Origin: Methylocystis sp.
Lineage (GTDB): Bacteria; Pseudomonadota; Alphaproteobacteria; Rhizobiales; Beijerinckiaceae
Reading direction: 5' to 3'
Assembly: GCA_021731565.1 (NCBI GenBank)
Contig: JAKFXD010000098.1
Coordinates: forward strand, 2,672-66,671
DNA length: 64,000 nt
Positions 31,806 through 41,616 of this stretch are shown piece by piece. The position numbers and the translations under genes were made by a program. Position 1 is the stretch's first letter. Each line of letters opens with the position of its first letter. A model generated the notes under the pieces. It was not told the origin of the DNA and did no database searches. It saw only the letters and a program-made list of their open reading frames with translations.

Positions 31806-32295
31806 CGGCGGTTTCATCGAGGACGCCTGGCGCCGCCTCGCTGACGAAGAAGCGCTGCCGAAAGCTGGAAAGGTCATCGTGTCACTGCCCCGCCTCCAAC
31901 ATGCCCTCGACGTCCTTGGGCCGGAGGCGTCGCTTGGCGTGATCGTTATGAACACCACCGAACCTTCGGCGCTGATCGACGCGTTGCCGCGACTGGGTCT
32001 TGTCTCGATTTCCTTCCCCGCCTTTTCCGACGGCCGCGGCTTCTCTTTGGCGCGCCTGCTGCGGCGCGCGGGATTCAAGGGCGAGCTTCGCGCCAGCGGG
32101 CGTCTCGTCGCCGATCAATATGCCCATGCGGTCGGCTGCGGCTTCGACACGATCGAGATTCCGGACGATCTTGCCGAGCGCCAGGACGAAGAACAATGGC
32201 GCGCCGCGCTCAATGTCTATGCGATGAGCTACCAGCGCGGCTATTCCGGGCGCGGTTCGATTCTCGAGGCGCGCCGGAGGGCGGCCCGGCCATGA
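31789..32295 (+). CDS. DUF934 domain protein
   Basis: FPAFSDGRGFSLARLLR..GFKGELRA and GCGFD. Confidence 0.9.
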   Translation: MALISDGGFIEDAWRRLADEEALPKAGKVIVSLPRLQHALDVLGPEASLGVIVMNTTEPSALIDALPRLGLVSISFPAFSDGRGFSLARLLRRAGFKGELRASGRLVADQYAHAVGCGFDTIEIPDDLAERQDEEQWRAALNVYAMSYQRGYSGRGSILEARRRAARP

Positions 32296-33041
32296 AGGCT
32301 TCAATCGCCGAAACGCTCGCGCCGCGCCTCGCGCCGCTCGATCTCGACCATCGTCTGCTGCTGCTGCGCGAATTCATTCCCGGCCGGATCGTCTTCACCA
32401 CGAGTTTCGGGATAGAGGATCAGCTCATCGCCCATTCGATCTTCACGCAGGGTTTAGACATCGACGTCGCGACGATCGATACGGGCCGGCTGTTTCCAGA
32501 AACCTACGAGCTGTGGGAGCGCACCGAAGCGCGTTATGCGCGGCGCATTCGCGCGGTCTATCCGCAAGCCGCGCCGCTTGAAGCGCTGATCGAGGAGCAG
32601 GGAATCAACGGCTTCTACAATTCCGTCGAAGCGCGCAAGGCCTGCTGCCATGTGCGCAAGGTCGAGCCGCTGTCGCGGCTGCTTGCCGGCGTTTCGGTCT
32701 GGGTGACGGGACTGCGCGCCGATCAGTCGCAGGCGCGCGCCGACGCGCCGGTCATCGCCTTTGACGAGACGCACAGGCTGCTCAAGCTCAATCCGCTCGC
32801 AGACTATACGCGCGACGCCGTCGTCGCGGCGGTCGAGGAGTTTTCCGTGCCGATCAACGATCTCCACGCCAAGGGCTTTCTGTCGATCGGCTGCGCGCCA
32901 TGCACGCGCGCCGTGCTGCCGGGCGAGAGCGAGCGCGCCGGCCGCTGGTGGTGGGAAGACGACGGCAAGAAGGAATGCGGCCTTCATATCGGCGAAGACG
33001 GCGTGTTGCGCCGCGGGGCGCCGCAGGAGGCGAACCAATGA
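32292..33041 (+). CDS. cysH: Adenylyl-sulfate reductase CysH (Fe-S, APS type)
   Basis: [30 protein letters not shown] and KECGLH. Confidence 0.93.
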   Translation: MKASIAETLAPRLAPLDLDHRLLLLREFIPGRIVFTTSFGIEDQLIAHSIFTQGLDIDVATIDTGRLFPETYELWERTEARYARRIRAVYPQAAPLEALIEEQGINGFYNSVEARKACCHVRKVEPLSRLLAGVSVWVTGLRADQSQARADAPVIAFDETHRLLKLNPLADYTRDAVVAAVEEFSVPINDLHAKGFLSIGCAPCTRAVLPGESERAGRWWWEDDGKKECGLHIGEDGVLRRGAPQEANQ

Positions 33042-33955
33042 CCGCGCTCGCCGTGCGCCCGCTCGGCTATCTCGATCGGCTGGAAGCCGAGAGCATCCAT
33101 ATCATGCGCGAGACCGTCGCCGAATGCGAACGGCCGGTGATGCTCTATTCGATCGGCAAGGATTCGGCGGCGATGCTGCACGTCGCCATGAAGGCCTTTT
33201 ATCCGTCGAAGCCGCCGTTTCCGCTGCTCCATGTCAATACGACATGGAAATTTCGCGAGATGATCGAATTTCGCGACCGTCGGGTGAAGGAGCTTGGCGT
33301 CGAGCTGATCGAATATATCAATCCCAAAGGGATTGAGATGAACATCAGCCCTTTTGTCCATGGCTCGAAGCTCCATACCGAGATCATGAAGACCGAGGCG
33401 CTGAAGCAGGCGCTGGACAAATATGGGTTCGACGCCGCCTTTGGCGGCGCGCGCCGCGATGAAGAGAAATCGCGCGCCAAGGAGCGCGTGCTCTCGTTTC
33501 GTACGGCGCAGCACCGCTGGGACCCGAAAAATCAGCGGCCGGAATTCTGGCGTCTCTACAACACGCGCAAGGCGCCAGGCGAAAGCCTGCGCGTGTTTCC
33601 CATGTCGAATTGGACCGAGGCGGATATCTGGGACTATGTCGCGCGCGAAAACATTCCGGTCGTTCCGCTCTATTTTGCCAAGGAGCGGCCGGTCGTGCGC
33701 CGCGGCGGCACGCTGATCATGGTCGATGACGATCGCATGCAGCTCGCGCCCGGCGAAGCAATCGAACATAAAATGGTGCGGTTTCGCACGCTCGGCTGCT
33801 ATCCGCTGACCGGCGCCATCGAAAGCGGCGCGGCCGGTCTCGACGAGATCATTACTGAAATGCGCGAGAGCCGCTCTTCGGAGCGCCAGGGGCGGCTCAT
33901 CGACCACGACGGCTCCAGCTCGATGGAGCAAAAGAAGCAGGAAGGGTATTTCTAA
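33038..33955 (+). CDS. cysD: Sulfate adenylyltransferase subunit 2
   Basis: [45 protein letters not shown] and KKQEGYF. Confidence 0.97.
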   Translation: MTALAVRPLGYLDRLEAESIHIMRETVAECERPVMLYSIGKDSAAMLHVAMKAFYPSKPPFPLLHVNTTWKFREMIEFRDRRVKELGVELIEYINPKGIEMNISPFVHGSKLHTEIMKTEALKQALDKYGFDAAFGGARRDEEKSRAKERVLSFRTAQHRWDPKNQRPEFWRLYNTRKAPGESLRVFPMSNWTEADIWDYVARENIPVVPLYFAKERPVVRRGGTLIMVDDDRMQLAPGEAIEHKMVRFRTLGCYPLTGAIESGAAGLDEIITEMRESRSSERQGRLIDHDGSSSMEQKKQEGYF

Positions 33956-33956
33956 C

Positions 33957-35585
33957 ATGCACGGCGCCGTAGCCACCGCATTGCCGTCGCGCGCGCCGGC
34001 GCGACAGTTCGGCGAAAAGCCGCTCTTGCGGTTCATCACCTGCGGCTCGGTCGACGACGGCAAATCGACCCTGATCGGGCGCCTGCTTTATGACGCCGAT
34101 CTTGCGCCCGACGACATTATCGCGGCGCTGGAAAGCGACTCAAAGAAGCACGGCACGCAGGGCGAGGCGCTGGATTTCGCGCTGCTCGTCGACGGCCTCG
34201 CGGCCGAGCGCGAACAGGGCATCACCATCGACGTCGCCTATCGCTATTTCGCGACCGACCGGCGCAAATTCATCGTCGCCGACACGCCGGGCCATGAGCA
34301 GTACACCCGCAACATGGCGGTCGGCGCCTCCACCGCCGATCTCGCCATTCTGCTGGTCGACGCGCGCAAGGGCATTCTGCCGCAAACCCGCCGGCACAGC
34401 GTCATCACCTCGATGTTCGGCGTGCGCCATGTCGTGGTCGCGGTCAACAAAATGGACCTCGTCGGCTACAGCGAAGAGATCTTCCGCAAGATCGAGGCGG
34501 ATTTTCACGCATTCGCCGAGAGTCTACGCTTTGCGTCGATCTATGTCGCGCCGCTTGTCGCCAAGGACGGCGACAATCTTGTCCACGCCAGCGCCAATAT
34601 GCCCTGGCACGACGGACCGCCGCTTCTGTCCTATCTCGAAGGCGTCGCGGTGGAAGACACGACGCGGATCGCGCCCTTCCGCATGCCGGTGCAATGGGTC
34701 AATCGACCCAATCTCGACTTCCGCGGATTCTCCGGCTTCATCAGCGGCGGCAACATCCGGCCCGGCGATATCGTGCGCATTCTGCCGTCAGGCCGCGATA
34801 CGCGCGTCGCCAGGATCGTCACCTTCGACGGCGATCTCGACAGCGCCGTCTCGGGTCAGTCGACGACGCTGACGCTCGCCGAAGAGATCGACGTTTCGCG
34901 CGGCGATCTTTTGTGCTCGCCGGTCTCGCCCGCGAAAATCGGCGATCGTCTCGACGCCAAGCTCCTATGGCTGGTGCGCGAGCCGCTTGTCGCCGGCAAG
35001 AGCTATCTGTTGAAGATCGGGACAAAAACCGCGCCCGCCGCCGTGACTGTCGTCGACACGCGCATCGATATCGAAACCGGCCAGTCGCAACCGCTGCTAG
35101 AGGGCGCGACGCTCGCGTTCAACGAGATCGGCGACGTGCGCCTGTCTCTCGAAACAATGATCGCCTGCGACCCTTATCTCGAAAATCGCGAAACAGGCGG
35201 ATTCATTCTCATCGACCGCATCAGCAATGAAACGGTCGGGGTCGGCATGGTGAAAGCGGTCGCCGCTTCGAACGGCCGTGCGGCGCCGCCGCTGACCGAA
35301 CTCAGCTACGCTTCGATGGAAGGCCTGCCGCCGGCGCGGGAGTCGTTCAAGCCGACGCCGACGCGCAGTTTGGTGAAAGCGCTTTCCTGGCTTGTTCCGG
35401 CGAGCGTTTCGACCTTCCTGATCGTTTACGCCTTCATCCAAAGCGTAGAACTCGCCGCCGAAATCACCGGCGCCGAATTGCTGGCGGTCTTCACGCTCTA
35501 TTATTTGCACGAGCGGCTCTGGTCGCGATTGAACTTCGGACTTGCGACAGAAGAAGCGCGCGGCGGAGATGATCCGGGCCTGTGA
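33957..35585 (+). CDS. cysN: Sulfate adenylyltransferase subunit 1 with C-terminal DUF2061-like membrane domain
   Basis: GSVDDGKST, EREQGITID, DTPGH and NKMD. The tail RSLVKALSW...YYLHERLW replaces the APS-kinase domain. Confidence 0.93.
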   Translation: MHGAVATALPSRAPARQFGEKPLLRFITCGSVDDGKSTLIGRLLYDADLAPDDIIAALESDSKKHGTQGEALDFALLVDGLAAEREQGITIDVAYRYFATDRRKFIVADTPGHEQYTRNMAVGASTADLAILLVDARKGILPQTRRHSVITSMFGVRHVVVAVNKMDLVGYSEEIFRKIEADFHAFAESLRFASIYVAPLVAKDGDNLVHASANMPWHDGPPLLSYLEGVAVEDTTRIAPFRMPVQWVNRPNLDFRGFSGFISGGNIRPGDIVRILPSGRDTRVARIVTFDGDLDSAVSGQSTTLTLAEEIDVSRGDLLCSPVSPAKIGDRLDAKLLWLVREPLVAGKSYLLKIGTKTAPAAVTVVDTRIDIETGQSQPLLEGATLAFNEIGDVRLSLETMIACDPYLENRETGGFILIDRISNETVGVGMVKAVAASNGRAAPPLTELSYASMEGLPPARESFKPTPTRSLVKALSWLVPASVSTFLIVYAFIQSVELAAEITGAELLAVFTLYYLHERLWSRLNFGLATEEARGGDDPGL

Positions 35586-35617
35586 TAAGAATTGCGATTG
35601 ACCGGTTTGGTGGGACT

Positions 35618-35720
35618 GTCATTCCCGGCAGGCCGAAGGCCTGACCGGGAATCCAGAGCCAATCCAAGAATGTTGGTCTTGCTCTGGATTCCCGATCGCG
35701 CTTCGCGCGTCGGGAATGAC
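35618..35720. repeat. Palindromic intergenic element, copy 1
   Basis: GTCATTCCCGGCAGGCCGAAGGCCTGACCGGGAATCCAGAG...CTCTGGATTCCCGATCGCG...CGCGTCGGGAATGAC. Near-identical to 50152-50259. Confidence 0.9.
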
Positions 35721-35754
35721 CCCCAACTGGTTTAGACGGAAATCATATGCGCCG

Positions 35755-38700
35755 TCAGTGCGCTTCGTCCCAATTGGCGGCGGCGCGCGCGTCGACTTTC
35801 AGCGGCACGGAAAGATGGATCGCCGGCGCCGGCGCCTGTTCCATCACGCGGCGCGCCAATTCGATCGTCGCCTCGGCTTCCTGGGCCGGCGCTTCAAACA
35901 CGAGCTCGTCGTGCACCTGCAGGAGCATTTGCGCCGAGAGTCCGGCGCGCGTGAGCGCATCATCCATTCGCACCATCGCCCGCCGGATGATGTCGGCGGC
36001 GGCGCCCTGGATCGGCGCATTGATCGCGGCGCGCTCATAAAAGGCGCGGTCAGAGGCGTTGGCCGAGGCCATGGCGGGGAAGTGATAGACTCGGCCGAAG
36101 ATGGTCGAGACTTCGCTCTTCTCGCGCACGGTCTTGCGCGTCGAATCCATATAATCGCGAATGCCGGGAAAGCGCTCGAAATAGCGCTTGATATAGGCGC
36201 CGGCCTCTTCGCGCGGAATGCCGAGCTGATTGGCGAGTCCGAAGGCGGAAATGCCATAGATGATGCCGAAGTTGATCGCCTTGGCGCGGCGGCGCGTTTC
36301 GGGCGGCATGTCTTTGATCGGCACATTGAACATTTCGCTCGCCGTCATCGCGTGAATGTCGAGGTCTTCGGCGAAGGCTTTCTTCAATTGCGGAATGTCG
36401 GCGATATGGGCGAGCAGCCGCAATTCGATCTGCGAATAATCCGCCGAAATCAGCACATGGCCGGGCGCGGCGACGAAGGCCTTTCGGATTTTGCGCCCCG
36501 CCTCGTTGCGTACGGGAATGTTCTGCAGATTCGGCTCGGACGACGAGAGCCGCGCCGTGGTCGTCGCGGCGAGCGCATAGCTCGTGTGTACGCGGCCGGT
36601 CTCAGGGTTGATATAGCCGGGCAGGGCGTCGGCGTAAGTGCTCCTGAGTTTGGAGACCTGGCGCCAGTCGAGAATCCGTCGCGCGAAATTATTGCCGTCG
36701 CTGGCGAGGTCTTCAAGCACGCTGGCGGATGTCGACCAGGCGCCCGTCGCGGTTTTTTTCGCGCCCGGCAATCCCATCTTGCCGAATAATATGTCGCCCA
36801 ATTGCTTGGGTGAGCCGAGGTTGAAGCTCTCGCCGGCGAGTTCGAAGATTTCGGCCTCGAGCCGCGCCATGTCCTGCGCGAATTCGCCGGAGAGGCGCGA
36901 GAGAATGGCGCGGTCGACGCTGACGCCGCGTCGCTCCATACGTGCGAGCGTCGCCACCATCGGCCGCTCCAATGTCTCATAGACATTGGTCATATGCTCG
37001 GCGGAAAGTCGCGGTTTCAGCGCGCGCCACAGCCGCATCGACACGTCCGCGTCCTCGGCGGCATATTCGGTCGCTCTGTCGAGCGCGACGCGGGCGAAGC
37101 CGATGAAATTGCGTCCCGAGCCCGCGACCTCGGCGAATTTGATGTTTTGATGTTGAAGATGTTTGAGCGCCAGTTCGTCGAGGCCGTGATTGTTCAGCCC
37201 TGAGTCGAGCGCATAGGAGATCAGCATCGTATCTTCGATCGGCGCCACGTCGATTCCGTAACGCGCGAGAACGAGCAGATCATATTTCATATTATGCGCG
37301 ATCTTGAGGATTGCCGGATTTTCAAACAGGGGCTTCAGTTTCGCGATCGCCGCGTCGAGCGGTATCTGGCCGGGCAGGAGTTCGGCGCCGCCAAAGAGAT
37401 CGCCCGAGCCGTGCTCGCGATGCCCGAGCGGAATGTAGCAGGCGCGTCCCGGCGCGACGGCAAGCGAGACGCCGACGAGTTCGCAGCTCATCGGATCGAG
37501 CGAGGTCGTTTCCGTGTCGAGCGCGACGATGCCGGCCTCCGTCGCATCCGCGATCCATTGATCGAGGCGTTCGAGCGAGGTCACGCATTCGTAAGCGGCG
37601 CGGTCGATCTTCGTCGCCTGCGCCTCGGCGCGGCGCGCGGCGACGAGGCTTGCGGACGTGAAACCTTCCCTCATGCTCGCGCCGCCGGGCTTCGACGCGG
37701 ACTCCGCCGGTTCGGAGGCTTGCGGCGCGACCGGCGCGTCTTCCCGCACTTCGCCGTCGCGCGCGCGCCAGCCGGCGGGGCCGACGAAATTTGGATCAGG
37801 CGCGACGTCATGAATATCGACGCCGTAAAGCTCGGCGACTCGCCTCGTGATCGTGGTGAACTCCATCGCCTGCAGAAAGGCGACGAGGGTATTGGCGTTC
37901 GGTTCGTGCAGGCCCAAATCTTCGAGCGGCGTCACGACAGGCGCGTCGCACACCAGCGTCACGAGCTTTTTGGAGAGGTGGATGCGCGCGACCGCGTCCG
38001 GCTCGGTCAAGGCCTCGCGCCGCTTGGGCTGCTTGATCTCTAGCGCCCTGGCGAGCAGCGTGTCGAGATCGCCATATTCGTTGATCAGCTGGGCGGCGGT
38101 CTTGACGCCGATGCCTTTCGCGCCCGGCACATTGTCGGTCGAATCGCCGGCGAGCGCCTGCACGTCGACCACCTTGTCCGGCGTGACCCCGAAATAGTCG
38201 ACGACCTCCGCTTCGCCGATGATTCGTTCCTCGCGCGCGCCTTTCGCGCCGGCCGTTCCGGAGGCGGGATCGTACATCGTCACGCCCGGCCCGACGAGCT
38301 GCATCAGATCCTTGTCGGCCGAGACGATCAGCACATCCGCGCCCTTGGCCTGTGCCTGCGTCGCATAGGTGGCGATGAGATCGTCGGCTTCGTAGATGTC
38401 CTGCTCGATCGGGGTGAGGCCGAAGGCCCGCACGGCGGCGCGCATCAGCGGGAATTGCGGAATGAGGTCTTCCGGCGGTTCGCTGCGATGCGCCTTGTAG
38501 TCGGGATAAATTTCCTTGCGGAATGAATGTTCGCTCTTGTCGAAAATGATCGCGAGATGCGTCGGCTTCGCGCCGGCGGCGCCCTCGCGCACGAACTGCA
38601 ACAGCTTCGTGCAGAACAGCCGCACGGCGCCGGTCGGCAGCCGGTCGGAGCGATAGTTATATTTCGCATCCTGCCGGATCGACTGGAAATAGGCGCGAAA

Positions 38701-38769
38701 GACGAAGGAGGAGCCGTCGACGAGAAAGACATGGCTGCCGGGGCCGACGGGCTTATGGGCAAGGGTCAT
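35755..38769 (-). CDS. polA: DNA polymerase I
   Basis: 5'-3' exonuclease (LVDGSS, EADD), 3'-5' exonuclease (DTETT), and polymerase motifs ADYSQIELR, AKAINFGIIYG and QVHDEL. Confidence 0.99.
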   Translation of the reverse strand: MTLAHKPVGPGSHVFLVDGSSFVFRAYFQSIRQDAKYNYRSDRLPTGAVRLFCTKLLQFVREGAAGAKPTHLAIIFDKSEHSFRKEIYPDYKAHRSEPPEDLIPQFPLMRAAVRAFGLTPIEQDIYEADDLIATYATQAQAKGADVLIVSADKDLMQLVGPGVTMYDPASGTAGAKGAREERIIGEAEVVDYFGVTPDKVVDVQALAGDSTDNVPGAKGIGVKTAAQLINEYGDLDTLLARALEIKQPKRREALTEPDAVARIHLSKKLVTLVCDAPVVTPLEDLGLHEPNANTLVAFLQAMEFTTITRRVAELYGVDIHDVAPDPNFVGPAGWRARDGEVREDAPVAPQASEPAESASKPGGASMREGFTSASLVAARRAEAQATKIDRAAYECVTSLERLDQWIADATEAGIVALDTETTSLDPMSCELVGVSLAVAPGRACYIPLGHREHGSGDLFGGAELLPGQIPLDAAIAKLKPLFENPAILKIAHNMKYDLLVLARYGIDVAPIEDTMLISYALDSGLNNHGLDELALKHLQHQNIKFAEVAGSGRNFIGFARVALDRATEYAAEDADVSMRLWRALKPRLSAEHMTNVYETLERPMVATLARMERRGVSVDRAILSRLSGEFAQDMARLEAEIFELAGESFNLGSPKQLGDILFGKMGLPGAKKTATGAWSTSASVLEDLASDGNNFARRILDWRQVSKLRSTYADALPGYINPETGRVHTSYALAATTTARLSSSEPNLQNIPVRNEAGRKIRKAFVAAPGHVLISADYSQIELRLLAHIADIPQLKKAFAEDLDIHAMTASEMFNVPIKDMPPETRRRAKAINFGIIYGISAFGLANQLGIPREEAGAYIKRYFERFPGIRDYMDSTRKTVREKSEVSTIFGRVYHFPAMASANASDRAFYERAAINAPIQGAAADIIRRAMVRMDDALTRAGLSAQMLLQVHDELVFEAPAQEAEATIELARRVMEQAPAPAIHLSVPLKVDARAAANWDEAH

Positions 38770-38873
38770 GTAACTATCTTAACGGTCTTGGAAGGCCGCG
38801 TCATGGCTTGGCTGCTTGAACCGCTGGAAGGCGGCGGTTTGACCGGCGCCGGCGTGCAGCCTAGAAGACCGGC

Positions 38874-39956
38874 ATGTCCCACAACAGTTTCGGCCATCTC
38901 TTCCGGGTCACGACCTTTGGCGAAAGCCATGGGCCGGCGCTCGGCGCGATCGTCGACGGCTGTCCGCCGAAAATCCCGCTCGAAGCGGGAGACATTCAGG
39001 TCTTTCTCGACAAGCGCAAGCCGGGACAGTCGCGCTTCACCACGCAGCGGCGGGAAGCGGATGAGGTGAAAATCCTCTCCGGCGTTTTTCCTGACGGCGC
39101 CGGCCGACAGGTGACGACCGGAACCCCGATCGCGCTCGTGATCGAAAATACCGACCAGCGCTCCAAGGACTATGGCGAGATCGCCGACAAATATCGGCCC
39201 GGCCACGCCGACTATGTTTACGACGCCAAATATGGCGTGCGCGACCATCGCGGCGGCGGCCGCTCCTCGGCGCGCGAAACCGCGGCGCGGGTCGCCGCCG
39301 GCGCCGTCGCGCGCAAGGTGATCGCCGGCGTGACGATTCGCGGCGCGCTGGTGCAGATCGGTCCGCATAAAATCGACCGCGCGCGTTTCGACTGGGCTGA
39401 GATAGATCGCAATCCGCTGTTTTGCCCCGACGCGCGCACGGCGCAATTATGGGCGGACTATCTCGACGACGTGCGCAAGGACGGATCGTCCATCGGCGCG
39501 GTGATCGAAATCGTCGCCGAAGGCGTTCCGGCCGGCTGGGGCGCGCCGATCTACGGCAAGCTCGACGCCGATCTCGCCGCGGCGATGATGTCGATCAACG
39601 CGGTGAAGGGCGTCGAGATCGGCGCGGGATTCGGCGCCGCCGCGCTCACCGGCGAAGACAACGCCGATGAGATGCGCGCCGGCGAAAACGGGCCGCGGTT
39701 TCTGTCCAACAACGCCGGCGGCGTGCTCGGCGGCATATCCACCGGCCAGCCGGTGGTCGTGCGTTTCGCGGTGAAACCCACATCGTCGATTCTCACGCCG
39801 CGCCGCACGATCGATCGCTTCGGCAAGGAGACCGACATCGTCACCAAGGGCCGTCACGACCCCTGCGTCGGCATTCGCGCCGTTCCGGTCGGCGAAGCGA
39901 TGATGGCTTGCGTGCTCGCCGACCATTTCCTGCGTCATCGCGGGCAAATGGGGTGA
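38874..39956 (+). CDS. aroC: Chorismate synthase
   Basis: [24 protein letters not shown] and GRHDPCV. Confidence 0.99.
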   Translation: MSHNSFGHLFRVTTFGESHGPALGAIVDGCPPKIPLEAGDIQVFLDKRKPGQSRFTTQRREADEVKILSGVFPDGAGRQVTTGTPIALVIENTDQRSKDYGEIADKYRPGHADYVYDAKYGVRDHRGGGRSSARETAARVAAGAVARKVIAGVTIRGALVQIGPHKIDRARFDWAEIDRNPLFCPDARTAQLWADYLDDVRKDGSSIGAVIEIVAEGVPAGWGAPIYGKLDADLAAAMMSINAVKGVEIGAGFGAAALTGEDNADEMRAGENGPRFLSNNAGGVLGGISTGQPVVVRFAVKPTSSILTPRRTIDRFGKETDIVTKGRHDPCVGIRAVPVGEAMMACVLADHFLRHRGQMG

Positions 39957-40148
39957 GGCGCAAGCGCTCACCGCGCGATTTGGTCAAGAGCGAGCTTTGA
40001 AAATCGAATGTGAAAACAGGCTCGTCGCTTGCGCTCTTGCCTTGCGTCAATAGCGAAGCGTCGTTTCGCCGCATGGCCGCGTCGAGGGTTCGCTTGACCC
40101 CTGGAACAATCGAAACCTAACGTCGGCTCTGGAAACCGAGAGGCGGCG

Positions 40149-40532
40149 GTGGCTCCAATCTTTCAGCGGATGCGTTTGCGCGCGCGCATGTTTGCGGCGC
40201 TGGTCGCCTGTCTGTTCCTCGCGCAGACGACGATCGCGGCCGCGCATCTCGCGACGCTTGAAGGCGTCGTCTTCGGCGCAGTTTGCGCGCCGCAAGACAT
40301 AGCCAATGGCGGCGAGACGCCGCTCCTCCCTCACAACCGCCATTGCCAGGGATTCTGCTGCATTCTGCATGACGGGGCGTTGGCCGCGCCTCCGTTAAGA
40401 CCTGTTGTTGCGCTTGCCGTCGCTTTCCCATCCGAAGCGAAATCGCTTCGACTGACGACGTCTGGCGAGGCGCCGCGGATCGAACCCAGACGCGCGCCCC
40501 AGTCTCCAAGGGCTCCTCCTCGGCAGGGCTAA
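40149..40532 (+). CDS. DUF2946-like (CutF/CruR-type) leader protein with Cys motif and C-terminal RAPP
   Basis: Signal-like N-terminus (RMRLRARMFAALVACLFLAQTTIAAA), AVC, HCQGFCCILH, Pro/Ala-rich linker, ending PQSPRAPPRQG*. Start may be ATG 40170. Confidence 0.75.
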   Translation: MAPIFQRMRLRARMFAALVACLFLAQTTIAAAHLATLEGVVFGAVCAPQDIANGGETPLLPHNRHCQGFCCILHDGALAAPPLRPVVALAVAFPSEAKSLRLTTSGEAPRIEPRRAPQSPRAPPRQG

Positions 40533-40722
40533 AGCTTTTCTCGCGACCGCGCATTCCCCTCGCCATTTCGCTGGCGACGCGGACGAAAGATACGCGCGCG
40601 AAATTCTCGAAATCTATCCGCCCTATTCGGCCGCTGGCGTCAATGCGGCTCGGGACGACGCGCGCATCAGACCTTCGAGGAGGGCGCTAAAGCCCCCTAC
40701 AGCCCGACATTTGGAGACAATC

Positions 40723-41496
40723 ATGAGCACGACAAAAGCTGAAGTCAGTTCCGCCGCCCTGGGCGCCGAACGAATCCTGGATATAAAGCCGCTTCTCATC
40801 GGCGTCGGCGCGCTGATGGCCTTCGTGGCCATCCTGCGCCTCTACGAACAGATTTTCGCCTGGAGCGACGGCCTCGATTCATTCTCGCCCGAGTATCAGC
40901 TCTATTGGATGAGCGTGTTGCAATTTGCGATTCTGGCGTCGTGCCTGGGCGCGGTCGGCGTCGTCGGCTTTATGTGGCGCACGCGCGACCGCGATCTGGC
41001 GAATCTGGCCGCCCCGACTGAAATGCGCCGGCTCATTTATCTGGTTCAGTGGTTGCTGGTTTTTGCGCTCGCCCTCTATTGGGGCTTAAGCTTTTTTTCG
41101 GAGCAGACGGCCGTCTGGCACATGACCGCCGTGCGCGACACGGATTTCACGCCGAGCAATATCATCACCTTCTATATTGCCTATCCGCTATTTTCGATCA
41201 TCGGGCTGGGCGCGTTCTTCTATGCGAAGACGCGCCTGCCCACTTTCGCGAAAGGCTATTCTCTCGCCTTCGTGGTGCTGGTCGTCGGCGTCTTCATGAC
41301 CATCCCGAATGTGGGATTCAATGAATGGGGCCATACATTCTGGTCGATGGACGAAGGCTTTGCAGGTCCGCTGCACTGGGGCTTCGTCTTTTTCGGCTGG
41401 ATGTCGCTTGCGACATTCGGCGTCGTGCTGCTGATCCTTGGCCGTCTTCGCGAACTCCTCGGCGCGGATGCGCTAGAGCAGCTCTATCGACGTTAA
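40723..41496 (+). CDS. pmoC: Stand-alone divergent particulate methane monooxygenase subunit C homolog
   Basis: GLDSFSPEYQLYW, WRTRDRDL, WHMT.VRDTDFTPS, KTRLP, PNVGFNEWGHTFW and PLHWGFVFFGW. GGAG RBS. No pmoA or pmoB adjacent. Confidence 0.93.
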   Translation: MSTTKAEVSSAALGAERILDIKPLLIGVGALMAFVAILRLYEQIFAWSDGLDSFSPEYQLYWMSVLQFAILASCLGAVGVVGFMWRTRDRDLANLAAPTEMRRLIYLVQWLLVFALALYWGLSFFSEQTAVWHMTAVRDTDFTPSNIITFYIAYPLFSIIGLGAFFYAKTRLPTFAKGYSLAFVVLVVGVFMTIPNVGFNEWGHTFWSMDEGFAGPLHWGFVFFGWMSLATFGVVLLILGRLRELLGADALEQLYRR

Positions 41497-41524
41497 CGCC
41501 CGGCGTTTAGCCGCACAATTGCGA

Positions 41525-41557
41525 AGCCGGCGCCGACTCCTTGGAGCGGCGCCGGTT
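41525..41557. terminator. GC hairpin between convergent pmoC and GNAT genes
   Basis: AGCCGGCGCCG(A)CTCC-TT-GGAGCGGCGCCGGTT inverted repeat. Confidence 0.55.
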
Positions 41558-41616
41558 GCATTCTCAGGTTCGGCGCATGTGCAGAGGCCGACGCGTCCAT
41601 GTGGCTGACATCTCGC

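Noticed and set aside
40094-40123. CueR/MerR-type promoter upstream of the DUF2946-like leader
   Set aside because: TTGACC-N18-TAACGT could be a sigma70 promoter, but there is no CCTTCC/GGAAGG dyad and the spacer is not 19 nt.
40723-41496. pmoC as a pseudogene or remnant of a broken pmoCAB operon
   Set aside because: Full-length frame with RBS and downstream hairpin, and no pmoA/pmoB fragments adjacent. Singleton pmoC copies are known in methanotrophs.
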